DNA from: Dehalococcoidia bacterium UBA1141
Lineage (GTDB): Bacteria > Chloroflexota > Dehalococcoidia > Lucifugimonadales > UBA3495
Direction: 5' to 3'
Length of the DNA stretch: 64,000 nucleotides
Assembly: GCA_002311385.1 (NCBI GenBank)
Contig: DCAE01000097.1
Coordinates: 2,403 to 66,402 of the forward strand
Part shown: positions 38,689 to 47,098 of the stretch, in pieces
How positions within the stretch are numbered: position 1 is the first letter of the stretch
Layout of the letters: every line of letters begins with the position of its first letter
Notes under the pieces: generated by a model
The model's database searches: none
What the model saw: only the letters and a program-made list of their open reading frames with translations
What the model was told of the DNA's origin: nothing
Made by a program: the position numbers and the translations under genes

Positions 38689-39269
38689 GATCTGAAGTGA
38701 AGCGTCTTCCGGTTGCCCAATTTATGGAGTCCTTTAATACCGGAGGAGCCAGCTGATATAAGCTCCTCTGTGTTTGTCCTAATTGAGCGTCCTAACCCAC
38801 GGGTATCCGAGGTTGAATAAGCTCTGCTTTTCATCCAATCTTCGTGGGACGGCACCTCTTCACCGACCACATACAGGAAGTAGTAGCAGCCCATGTCTCC
38901 CATGAACTTGAATTGTTTCCTCAGGTCTTTAATCGTGGCCGGGAAGTCGGCGTGGGAGCGCAGATAGGAGCGAAACCCACCATGTTCCTCGTCCAGTTCA
39001 ATGAGTTTTCGCGCGTTGCCGACGATTGCTTCAATTTTTCTCCGGTTGCGAATCACCCTTTTGTCCCCAACCAAGGTCTCGATGTCATCGGGACCGAAGG
39101 CCGCCACTGTTTCTATATCGAAGTCGTGGAAAGCCTCTCGAATCCCCGGCCACTTGGATTCCACCACTCGCCAGGAAATACCGGATTGGAAAACCGCCTT
39201 GGTCAATATTCCCAGGTAATCACCCAATGACTGGGGGATAATCTGATCCGGCGCCGTTAACTCTGGCAT
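38685..39269 (-). CDS. tag: DNA-3-methyladenine glycosylase I-like protein
   Basis: VFQSGISWRVVESKWPGIREAFHDFDIETVA...VIRNRRKIEAIVGNAR matches the Tag family core. Its stop overlaps the convergent PEPCK-like stop by 4 nt. Confidence 0.75.
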   Translation of the reverse strand: MPELTAPDQIIPQSLGDYLGILTKAVFQSGISWRVVESKWPGIREAFHDFDIETVAAFGPDDIETLVGDKRVIRNRRKIEAIVGNARKLIELDEEHGGFRSYLRSHADFPATIKDLRKQFKFMGDMGCYYFLYVVGEEVPSHEDWMKSRAYSTSDTRGLGRSIRTNTEELISAGSSGIKGLHKLGNRKTLHFRS

Positions 39270-39311
39270 AGGGAGGCCTCACAAAGTTGGATAGTCTAGA
39301 TTTGGGGCTGG

Positions 39312-40079
39312 CTATTTCACCGCAATCAAGAATAGCCGTCTGAATGGCAATAGGGTGCTTCCATCGGCCCGGCGAACGTAAGCTTTACTTATAGCTTCCC
39401 GGTAGGATTGCAGAAACGCTTCTTTGTCCCCGTCATTCAGCAATGCCAGAAGAGGACCCAAGATACTCCCCTTGGTCCATTCCACCACCGGATCGTCGCC
39501 TTGAAGCACGTGTAGGTAGGTGATTTCCCAGAAGTCCAAACGGGTGGCGTGGGGGCTAAGAATGTCGTAGTAAGCGGAGAAATCCAACACCGGGTGCTCT
39601 CGCAATTCCGGTTCCAAGACCTCCCGCCAAGGTCCGGCTCGGGCCGTTTTGGCGATTAGCTCATGGGTGGGCGCTGAAAAATTCTGGGGCATCTGGACAG
39701 CAAGCACTCCGCCGGGGTTCAAACCAGTCATCAACCGGGGAAACAATTCATCGTGGTCATCTAGCCAATGCAGTGCGGCGTTGGAATATAGAAGGTCGGC
39801 GGGGATTTTGGGGTTCCAGCCGTTCAGGTTCTGTTGCTGCCAGGTCACCTCCGCGTCCAATGCGCTGGCTCTTTCCAACATTGTCTCTGAGGAGTCGATG
39901 CCGGTGACCGTGGCGCCGGGCCAGCGCTCCTTGAGAAAGGACGTAACTATGCCGGTGCCGCATCCCAAGTCATAGATTATCGACGGGTCTTCCAATGGTA
40001 TGCGAGCAAGCAGGTCCAAAGCCGGCTGCAACCGCTCGTTGCCAAATCGCAGGTATTGTGTGGGATTCCAAGTACTCAT
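39312..40079 (-). CDS. tam: Trans-aconitate 2-methyltransferase-like SAM-dependent methyltransferase
   Basis: MSTWNPTQYLRFGNERLQPALDLLARIP...DLGCGTG closely parallels the Tam N-terminus. The start was moved to the ATG 40079. Confidence 0.8.
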   Translation of the reverse strand: MSTWNPTQYLRFGNERLQPALDLLARIPLEDPSIIYDLGCGTGIVTSFLKERWPGATVTGIDSSETMLERASALDAEVTWQQQNLNGWNPKIPADLLYSNAALHWLDDHDELFPRLMTGLNPGGVLAVQMPQNFSAPTHELIAKTARAGPWREVLEPELREHPVLDFSAYYDILSPHATRLDFWEITYLHVLQGDDPVVEWTKGSILGPLLALLNDGDKEAFLQSYREAISKAYVRRADGSTLLPFRRLFLIAVK

Positions 40080-40312
40080 ACATAAATCCTGTGTGTGAAT
40101 TCTATAAATATCCCGGTGTTTGACCTGGAATATCAGCCTATTGGCGTGGTGTGTTAGACTCTTCGCCAACTGGTGATTCTACTCACCGAGTCAATCAGAT
40201 ACGCCGACTGAACCCATATAATATACGCACCGTGCCTTGTTAGGTAAACCATGTGAACGACGCCAGTACCATGTACCAGGACCGTGTGCCAGAACCAATT
40301 AAAGGAGGATTC

Positions 40313-41116
40313 ATGGAGACAGTACGCCTGTTGGAAGAGCACGAGTTTCCTCAAGAACTCCAGAAATACTTCGAGGGGACCAAAACCTGGTTCGGCATAG
40401 ACTATCTTCCCAAGATGAGCAAGGTCATCTCCTATGCCCCGGAGTTCGCCAGTACCCACGGGCGTTGCAGCCGCCGGGCGATGGTGGACGGAGACCTGAC
40501 GCGAGCGCAGAAGGAGATGATTGCTGTTGCGGTCAGCGCCGTCAACGCATGTGAATATTGAACCGTAGCTCATACCACAGCCGGGAAGCTTGTGGGTTAT
40601 GGAGACGACGCATACTGGTATGAAGCCGCCTACGTCTATGGTGTTACCAACGGCATAAACGCAGTTGCCGACGGACTGCGACTACCTCTGGAGAATTCGG
40701 ACACACCAGCCAGAAAGCCCCTGATCATGCCCATCGAGTTCGAAGAGGCCTCCGATAGAGTGAAGGACACCTACTCGGACATCATGACCTTTTATCAGTC
40801 CGAGCAAATCCCTGCGATTTTCAAAACCCTGGCCCACGACGATGGATATTTGAAAGATTATTGGGGAGCGGTACGATTCGTGTTCAGCGATGGCAGGTTG
40901 GACCGTTTGACCAAAGAGACTCTCGCCTTTACTGCATCAATGGCGGCCAAGTCGGACTACGGCGTGGACTTTCATTTGACCGAAGCCCGGCGTCTCGGAC
41001 TCAGCGAGAAGGGTGTCATGGAAGCGGTGCAGGTGGTCCAACTATTTAGTTGCTACACCAAGATGGCGGATGGCCTTCAACTCAGCCCTGATTTCGACCC
41101 CATGGGCGTCACTTAG
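40313..41116 (+). CDS. Two-domain AhpD/carboxymuconolactone-decarboxylase-family protein with in-frame TGA (predicted selenocysteine) at 40559-40561
   Basis: Track ORFs 40253..40561 and 40592..41116 are in frame with only the TGA between them. Read-through gives AVSAVNACEY-[TGA]-TVAHT, the AhpD core motif S..N.C.YC...H with the second Cys at the TGA. An AAAGGAGGA SD precedes the ATG 40313. Confidence 0.8.
40571..40601 (+). promoter_or_regulatory. Candidate bacterial SECIS hairpin downstream of the TGA
   Basis: CATA-CCACAG-[CCGGGAAG]-CTTGTGG-(GT)-TATG: about 10 bp of bulged stem starting 10 nt after the TGA. The G-rich apical loop lies about 22 nt from the U of UGA. Confidence 0.45.
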
Positions 41117-41137
41117 GGACCTTTTCCACCGCAGAGG

Positions 41138-41183
41138 CGCAGAGAACGCAGAGATTTTCAGATTTCTCTCTGCGTTCTCTGCG
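41138..41183. terminator. 17-bp perfect hairpin between convergent genes (putative bidirectional terminator / REP-like)
   Basis: CGCAGAGAACGCAGAGA (41138-41154) pairs with TCTCTGCGTTCTCTGCG (41167-41183), with a 12-nt loop. There is no U tract. Confidence 0.5.
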
Positions 41184-41212
41184 GTGATAACGCCGTATTC
41201 CGCTTACCTGGG

Positions 41213-42484
41213 TCAATGGTCAAGCGACATTAGCTCGTCCCACCGGTGGTAGAAGCGCCGGTGGTTGCTTTCGCTCATAGCGTAATCGCTGGCCCAGCCG
41301 CCTAGCGCCGAATCAAAATGGTCGTGACCCAGTCCCATCTGGTTGTTCAAATCCACTCGCTTGGCCATAAAACCCTTGCTGGTGCCAGTGCATTCTTGCC
41401 AGTTGTCCATGTCGTCTTGCTCGAATGTGCCAGCCGGACTGTGGGCCCGAACGGACGCCAGCCTGATGGCTTCTTTTACTTCCGGGGGAGCGTCCCTGTC
41501 CACGTAGCTAAAGGCCCAAATCTCAATCTGTCCAGGACCTTTGGGATGCAAAACCCGAAATTGCTGGGCGATAGTGCGAATCATCCCGAAGTTGGGGAAA
41601 ACAGTGCCAACAATAGGGTTGGCCAATTCCCAACGTTTGCCTAAGCGATGTTTCGCTTCCTCCCGAACGGAATCTTCATAACCTTTGATTTGAGGCACTG
41701 CAGCCTCGGAAAACTCACCCGCGCCCCGAGATATCAAGCAGTGCCCATTACCCGGAGAGATTATCTGTCCCTGCAAGCCGGAACCCCGCTGCTGCCGGTT
41801 GCGGGACTCGGAAGTGGTGCCAGTCTTAAGGGCGGACAGGTGGCTCCATGCCACATGATAGGAATCACCGGCGAAGTTCTCGGCGGGAAATTTCCAATTT
41901 GCGGGCACCACCGACTTGTGAACCCAGCCAATCACCTCAACACCGCCTTCCCGGCGTCCGAAAAAGGCATCCAAGTACCAGGTCATCTCGCCTAGATATT
42001 CCCGCAACGGAGGCGCATCCGCATCGAAGGTGGCGAAAAACAGGCCATTGTAGCTGTCCAGTTGAGCCACCCGAGAAAGGCCCCATTTACCCAATTCCAA
42101 TTTTTCGTAGTATGCGTCTTTCAGGTTGGGCACCGCTACCAGGCTGCCGTCGTTGCTATAAGCCCAACCATGGTAGGAGCAGGTAAACGAACTGGCATTG
42201 CCAGAGTCTGCCCGGCATAGGCGGTTTCCTCGGTGGCTGCAGATATTTAGAAAGGCGTTTACCTTGCCTCTCCTGTCACGCACAACCAAGACCGGGTCTT
42301 CTCCCATGTAGGTGGTGAAGAAGTCTCCAGGTTTGGGGATTTGAGATTCATGGCAAAGGAACAACCAGCACCGGGCAAAGATTCGCTCTAATTCCTGCTG
42401 GTATATGTCATTCTCGACGAATATTCGCCGGGACACCAGGCCGTTTTCGGTATCCACCAACCCCTTGGTATCCATCGCCATCAC
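41213..42484 (-). CDS. Rieske (2Fe-2S) aromatic ring-hydroxylating oxygenase, alpha subunit
   Basis: Rieske motif CSHRGNRLC...CSYHGW and a catalytic domain with a DSYHV..SH iron-ligand region. Paralog of 57796..59058. Confidence 0.9.
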   Translation of the reverse strand: MMAMDTKGLVDTENGLVSRRIFVENDIYQQELERIFARCWLFLCHESQIPKPGDFFTTYMGEDPVLVVRDRRGKVNAFLNICSHRGNRLCRADSGNASSFTCSYHGWAYSNDGSLVAVPNLKDAYYEKLELGKWGLSRVAQLDSYNGLFFATFDADAPPLREYLGEMTWYLDAFFGRREGGVEVIGWVHKSVVPANWKFPAENFAGDSYHVAWSHLSALKTGTTSESRNRQQRGSGLQGQIISPGNGHCLISRGAGEFSEAAVPQIKGYEDSVREEAKHRLGKRWELANPIVGTVFPNFGMIRTIAQQFRVLHPKGPGQIEIWAFSYVDRDAPPEVKEAIRLASVRAHSPAGTFEQDDMDNWQECTGTSKGFMAKRVDLNNQMGLGHDHFDSALGGWASDYAMSESNHRRFYHRWDELMSLDH

Positions 42485-42746
42485 TCACCCCCTGTACTCC
42501 AGAGAATCGAGAATTCGACGCCGTATTTGCCTTGGCGAATGTATAGCACGGTGGAACTTGAGGGTCAAGCGGAATCAGGAAACAGTCAGCGGAACATTCA
42601 CGTTTTCGTCATTTCGTCCCAAAGTAGAACCAAACATTGTGCGGTTGGTCGTGGACAAAGGCTGTGCCCGCGGGTAACATTGCCCATTATCCTTCCAAGA
42701 CTGGATAAACGCCTAAATTCGAATCAATAACCTGTGAGGATTTAAC

Positions 42747-43613
42747 ATGGCGCATATCAAACAAACCATCGGCAACGTAGAAATATTTGTTATACACGAC
42801 GCCGAGATTGCTCTACCCGTTACTCGGTCTTTCCCCGACGTTCCAGTGGAAGCCTGGGCTCCATATCAAGAGCGGTTCCCCGAAGCTTTCTCTGGCGCCG
42901 ACAGCATGCGCGTCCACTTTGAGTGCTACCTGGTACGCTCTCAGGGGCAAACAATACTGGTGGATACGGGCCTGGGTTCGTCCAATACCAATCCAGGCAC
43001 TGTCATCAACGTGGGGGGAGGCACTGAAGGGGAACTGTTGAGCCACCTCCAATCCGCCGGTTTTCAGGCCAGCGATATAGATACTGTGTTCCTGACCCAC
43101 CTCCACCCGGACCATGTGGGTTGGAATGTGACTAGGAGCGACGCAGGCGAGTCGGTGACCTTTCCAAAGGCTCGCTACGTGGGAAATCAGGCCGACTGGG
43201 ACGCTTTCGACACACCCAAAGACTCAGAGGTCTTTGGTTACGATTGGTGGGCCGACACAATGACACCACTGAAAAGACTCGGAGTACTCGAACTGGTCAC
43301 CGGCGAGACTCAATTGACCAGCGAAATCACCGCCATACCCACCCCGGGCCATACGCCGGGCTCCATGAGTCTGGCCATAACATCCGCAGGCGAGAAAGCA
43401 TTTATCATGGGAGATGTGTTCCACGGCCCGGCCCAAGTCACCGAGTCGGACTGGGTGTTCCACTACGATGTGGACCCTGACTTGGCCGTGCAAACCAGAA
43501 ACCGGATGCTAGACCGGATAGAAGCAGAAAACGCAGCCATGGCCGTCTGCCATCACAGCGGTTTTGGTCGGGTAATTCGGGTGGAGGGCCGCCGCTATTG
43601 GCAGGCTATGTGA
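42747..43613 (+). CDS. MBL-fold metallo-hydrolase (lactonase-like)
   Basis: THLHPDHVGW (HxHxDH) motif, plus later TPGHTPG and CHH ligands. Confidence 0.85.
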   Translation: MAHIKQTIGNVEIFVIHDAEIALPVTRSFPDVPVEAWAPYQERFPEAFSGADSMRVHFECYLVRSQGQTILVDTGLGSSNTNPGTVINVGGGTEGELLSHLQSAGFQASDIDTVFLTHLHPDHVGWNVTRSDAGESVTFPKARYVGNQADWDAFDTPKDSEVFGYDWWADTMTPLKRLGVLELVTGETQLTSEITAIPTPGHTPGSMSLAITSAGEKAFIMGDVFHGPAQVTESDWVFHYDVDPDLAVQTRNRMLDRIEAENAAMAVCHHSGFGRVIRVEGRRYWQAM

Positions 43614-43636
43614 CCTACACCGTGAATGCTAGTCCA

Positions 43637-44650
43637 TTAAAGTTTATGGATGGCGGGGATGACTTCCTGGCCCGTAAAGTCGATATACTCCAGAACCTCG
43701 GATTGGGGCATATCGGGATAGAATAGCCGGATCATCACGTCGGTGAAGCCCATCTGTTTGTACTCGTTAATCTGCCGTATGCACTCATCGGGCGTGCCGA
43801 TCAAAAATGTGTCGTCCATCAAAGACTCATGGTCTCCCGTGACTTTTCTGGTCAGCACCTCGTCGGTTCCTCCCAGGCCGTGCTGGGCATAGACTTCGTA
43901 TTTCTTAACCACGCCTCCTTTGGCTTTGGCTAGCGCTTTCTCATGGGTGGGGGCGCAGAAATACTCCCGGACGATAACCATGTCCTCGGGTATGGGCTTT
44001 CCGCTCTTTTCCAAGGCTCGATGGTAGACGTCAATCTGGTGGCGTATGGTCGCCTTGGATTGAGCAGGCCCAACATATAGTATGTCGCCCTCGCGGCCCA
44101 CGCGCCGCACCGCCGGGTCGCTCATTGCCGCTTGCCAGACCTTCGGGTAAGGCTTCTGATAGGGCCTGGCGGTGGGCCGAGCATTGGTCACTTGGAAGTG
44201 CTCACCATGATGAGTTACTTCGTCTTCGGTCCAAAGTCGCCGCATCAGGCGCAAAGCTTCGGTGATCCGAGATCCGCGATGGGCCATGCTGGTTCCCATG
44301 GCTTCGAATTCCTCGGGCCGGTAACCCAGCCCGACGCCCAGGATAAACCGTCCTTCACAGATGTGGTCGAGGGTGGCGACTTGCTCCGCAACATCCACCG
44401 GGTTCAACAACGGGAGCAGCAACACCGATGTTGCTAGTTTCATGTTTCCCGGCTCTGCCGCCAACCGAGCCAAGATAGGCCAGGGCTGGAAATGCTGAAA
44501 AGGATCTATCAGCAAGTGGTGACCCCAGCAAAAAGCATCGAATCCTGCATCAGCGGCGGCTCGGAACTGGCCCAGATGGTCTTGCCACTGCTGTTGGAGG
44601 TCCAACGTCTCTCGCAAGACGACGTGCCCTACGTGGTAACCTACGCGCAA
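43637..44650 (-). CDS. LLM-class flavin/F420-dependent oxidoreductase
   Basis: 337 aa with the LLM pattern (LDHICEGRFILGVGLGYRPEEFEA). TTG start after GGAGG. Confidence 0.85.
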   Translation of the reverse strand: MRVGYHVGHVVLRETLDLQQQWQDHLGQFRAAADAGFDAFCWGHHLLIDPFQHFQPWPILARLAAEPGNMKLATSVLLLPLLNPVDVAEQVATLDHICEGRFILGVGLGYRPEEFEAMGTSMAHRGSRITEALRLMRRLWTEDEVTHHGEHFQVTNARPTARPYQKPYPKVWQAAMSDPAVRRVGREGDILYVGPAQSKATIRHQIDVYHRALEKSGKPIPEDMVIVREYFCAPTHEKALAKAKGGVVKKYEVYAQHGLGGTDEVLTRKVTGDHESLMDDTFLIGTPDECIRQINEYKQMGFTDVMIRLFYPDMPQSEVLEYIDFTGQEVIPAIHKL

Positions 44651-44712
44651 TTGTGAGCCTCCATTTATAGTTTGGTTTGATTCAAGTGAATAGCGCAGCT
44701 CATTACCTGGTT

Positions 44713-45951
44713 CTATGCCTTGCTGCGCTCCTCAAACTCGGCTCGGGCCGCCGCCAGTAGTTCGGGATTTTCCAAGAAGTCACACGCGGTTAACGATAGT
44801 GATTTGGCGACGGCAATGGCATTGGAGAAGGCCAGCTCGGTGGTAGCGGTCTCGCTCATTTCCCTGGAGTGGGAAGCCACCGGATGGTCACTCACCGCAT
44901 ACCTCAACTCAAAGGACGGCATCACCTGGCTGACATTGCCAAAATCGGTGGATGCCGCGCTGCCCTGTCGGCCAGGATAGGGCTCGTCCAACGGGATGCC
45001 GATCGCCAATGCGTTGGCCCTAAGGGTGTTTGCCACCACGGAGTTGGGTCGCACGTTTTCGTAGAAGGGATAGAATTCTTCTATCTCCAGCCGCGCCCCG
45101 GCCATGGCTGCGGCGCCTTCCGCCGCACTCCGAACTTTGCCTACCACAACATCGCTCAAGTAGTTTCTGTCCCGGCAGCGGAGCATGAAATTGGCGGCGG
45201 CATACTCCGGCACCACGTTTGGAGCTTTCCCGCCATCGGTGATTATCCCGTGTATGCGAACATCCTCCCGCAGGTGCTGGCGAAGGGCGTCGATGCCGGT
45301 GAACAGGTGAATAACCGCATTCAGGGCATTGATTCCTGCCTCGGGGGCGGCGGCGGCGTGCGCTGCTTTGCCGTGGAAGATGTAGCGGTAGCCAACCATG
45401 GCCAGGCTCCAGCTTTCGGTTAAGGGTATCTCGGTGGGAATCACCGTGCGGTTTGACGACGGATGGGAGGAAAGGGTTAGGTCCACGTCTTCAAAAACGC
45501 CTGCGTCCAGCATGCGAATCTTCCCGCCACCGCCCTCTTCGGCAGGCGTCCCGATGACCATCACCCGACCGTGAAGGGACTTCAGGTTTGCTAGCACGCC
45601 CAAGCCAGCCCCCATGCCAGCCATAGCAATCAGGTTATGGCCACAACCATGGCCTATCTCGGGCAGGGCGTCGTATTCAGCAAGGATTGCCACAGTTGGC
45701 CCTGAGCCAGCTCCTCCGTTCATAGTGGCACGAAACGCAGTCTCTACCCCACCAACGCCCCTTTCCACTTTCATGCCGTGCCGTTCCAATGCGTCAGCCA
45801 ATACCTTTGCCGCATGGTGCTCTTGATAGTTGAGCTCCGGATGGGCGTGTATATCCAACGAGATATCTACCAACTCGGAGCGTGCGGCATCAATCGATTC
45901 GTTGGCCACCGAAAAAAGCGATTCTTTGGATGGAGCATTATCTATAGCCAT
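44713..45951 (-). CDS. M20-family amidohydrolase/metallopeptidase (AbgB/HipO-like)
   Basis: IHAHPELNYQEHH, EYDALPEIGHGCGHNLIA and GTPAEEGGGGK motifs. The start was moved to the ATG 45951. Confidence 0.85.
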   Translation of the reverse strand: MAIDNAPSKESLFSVANESIDAARSELVDISLDIHAHPELNYQEHHAAKVLADALERHGMKVERGVGGVETAFRATMNGGAGSGPTVAILAEYDALPEIGHGCGHNLIAMAGMGAGLGVLANLKSLHGRVMVIGTPAEEGGGGKIRMLDAGVFEDVDLTLSSHPSSNRTVIPTEIPLTESWSLAMVGYRYIFHGKAAHAAAAPEAGINALNAVIHLFTGIDALRQHLREDVRIHGIITDGGKAPNVVPEYAAANFMLRCRDRNYLSDVVVGKVRSAAEGAAAMAGARLEIEEFYPFYENVRPNSVVANTLRANALAIGIPLDEPYPGRQGSAASTDFGNVSQVMPSFELRYAVSDHPVASHSREMSETATTELAFSNAIAVAKSLSLTACDFLENPELLAAARAEFEERSKA

Positions 45952-46117
45952 AACAACCTCTCTATTCACCTTGCTTGTGAGTCACTTACTTTGTGAGTTT
46001 ATATTGCGGAATCATATCTACCGGAGCTTAATGGACTATCAGTATACCGAAACCACGTCGCCAACCAAACACCTTTATGCAAATATCACGTCTATCAGCG
46101 GTCGTGAAATACTGATC

Positions 46118-46192
46118 CGTCATTCCGGCGAAGGCCGGAATCCAGAAAGGTCTCATATCAACAAGTTCCAGGGCACCGGCCTTCGCCGGTGA
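46118..46192. repeat. REP-like element: two GC hairpins (GTCATTCCGGCGAAGGCCGGAATC type)
   Basis: ATTCCGGC-GAAG-GCCGGAAT (46122-46141) and CACCGGC-CTTC-GCCGGTG (46174-46191). The first matches the GTCATTC...GAATC family. Confidence 0.5.
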
Positions 46193-46351
46193 GACTGAAT
46201 GCTTTTCATTTCCCTCGGTAAGATAAATTTACAGCGCTATTTAACTCGATGTTAGAATAGCCCACAGGTTCCGGCCACCCGTATAGTCTCAGCTTTAATC
46301 AGAGGTCGGAAACTCTCGAATTAATCACAAAAAATTAACCGGAGAATCAAT

Positions 46352-47086
46352 ATGGCTCAAGGCCCCAAACTAGAAGCATTGCCCGAAGACTGGACCAGAG
46401 CGCTGGCCGTGGTGGCTCACCCGGACGACTTGGAATACGGCGCATCCGGCGCTATTGCCCGGTGGACCGCCCAAGGAAAGGAGGTCATTTATCTCATAGT
46501 CACCAAAGGAGAAGCCGGGATTGACAGCCTGCCGCCGGAAGAGACTGGTCCTATACGGGTTCAAGAAGAACGAAACAGCGCCAGGGTGGTTGGGGTCGAA
46601 ACCGTGGAATTCTTAGCCCACCAAGACGGCGTGATTGAAGGGGGATTGCCCCTCAGGCAAGACATCACATTGGCCATCAGGCGGCATCGTCCCGATGTGG
46701 TGATAACGATGAGTTATGAAGATGGCCCAAGAGGCCCTTCATCGGCGGACCACCGAGCGGTGGGTCTGGCAGTGGTGGACGCTGCCAGAGACGCAGGCAA
46801 CCGTTGGGTTTTTACCGACCAACTAACAGGGCAAATTTCTGGAGGTCTAGAACCTTGGAACGGCGTACAAATGCTCTGCCTGACCAACGTCAGCAATCCG
46901 ACCCACGGAGTAGATGTCACCGGCTACATGGACAAAGCGGTGGCTTCATTAATGGAACACCGGGTGTATCTAAGTAACCTGAGCCGACAGGAGGACCCCA
47001 GCGACATGCTGCGCTCTCAAGCCGAAGAGCGGGGCAAGCTCGTGGGGTGTAAATACGCCGTGGTCTTTCAGGTTATGAATATGTGA
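46352..47086 (+). CDS. PIG-L/LmbE-family deacetylase
   Basis: The VVAHPDDLEYG motif and a downstream HxDH-type region. Confidence 0.85.
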   Translation: MAQGPKLEALPEDWTRALAVVAHPDDLEYGASGAIARWTAQGKEVIYLIVTKGEAGIDSLPPEETGPIRVQEERNSARVVGVETVEFLAHQDGVIEGGLPLRQDITLAIRRHRPDVVITMSYEDGPRGPSSADHRAVGLAVVDAARDAGNRWVFTDQLTGQISGGLEPWNGVQMLCLTNVSNPTHGVDVTGYMDKAVASLMEHRVYLSNLSRQEDPSDMLRSQAEERGKLVGCKYAVVFQVMNM

Positions 47087-47098
47087 TTTTCGTGCCTT

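Noticed and set aside
40559-40561. The in-frame TGAs (here and at 32215-32217) as a TGA-to-Trp/Gly reassigned code
   Set aside because: TGA ends many full-length genes here, for example the sortase at 25400, the CoA-transferase at 51270 and the MFS transporter at 27821. Both internal TGAs align specifically to catalytic Cys/Sec positions, which points to Sec rather than global reassignment.
41138-41183. 17-bp inverted repeat as the ends of a MITE or IS element
   Set aside because: The arms are separated by only 12 nt, there is no flanking target-site duplication and no transposase. It is better explained as a terminator or REP-like hairpin.
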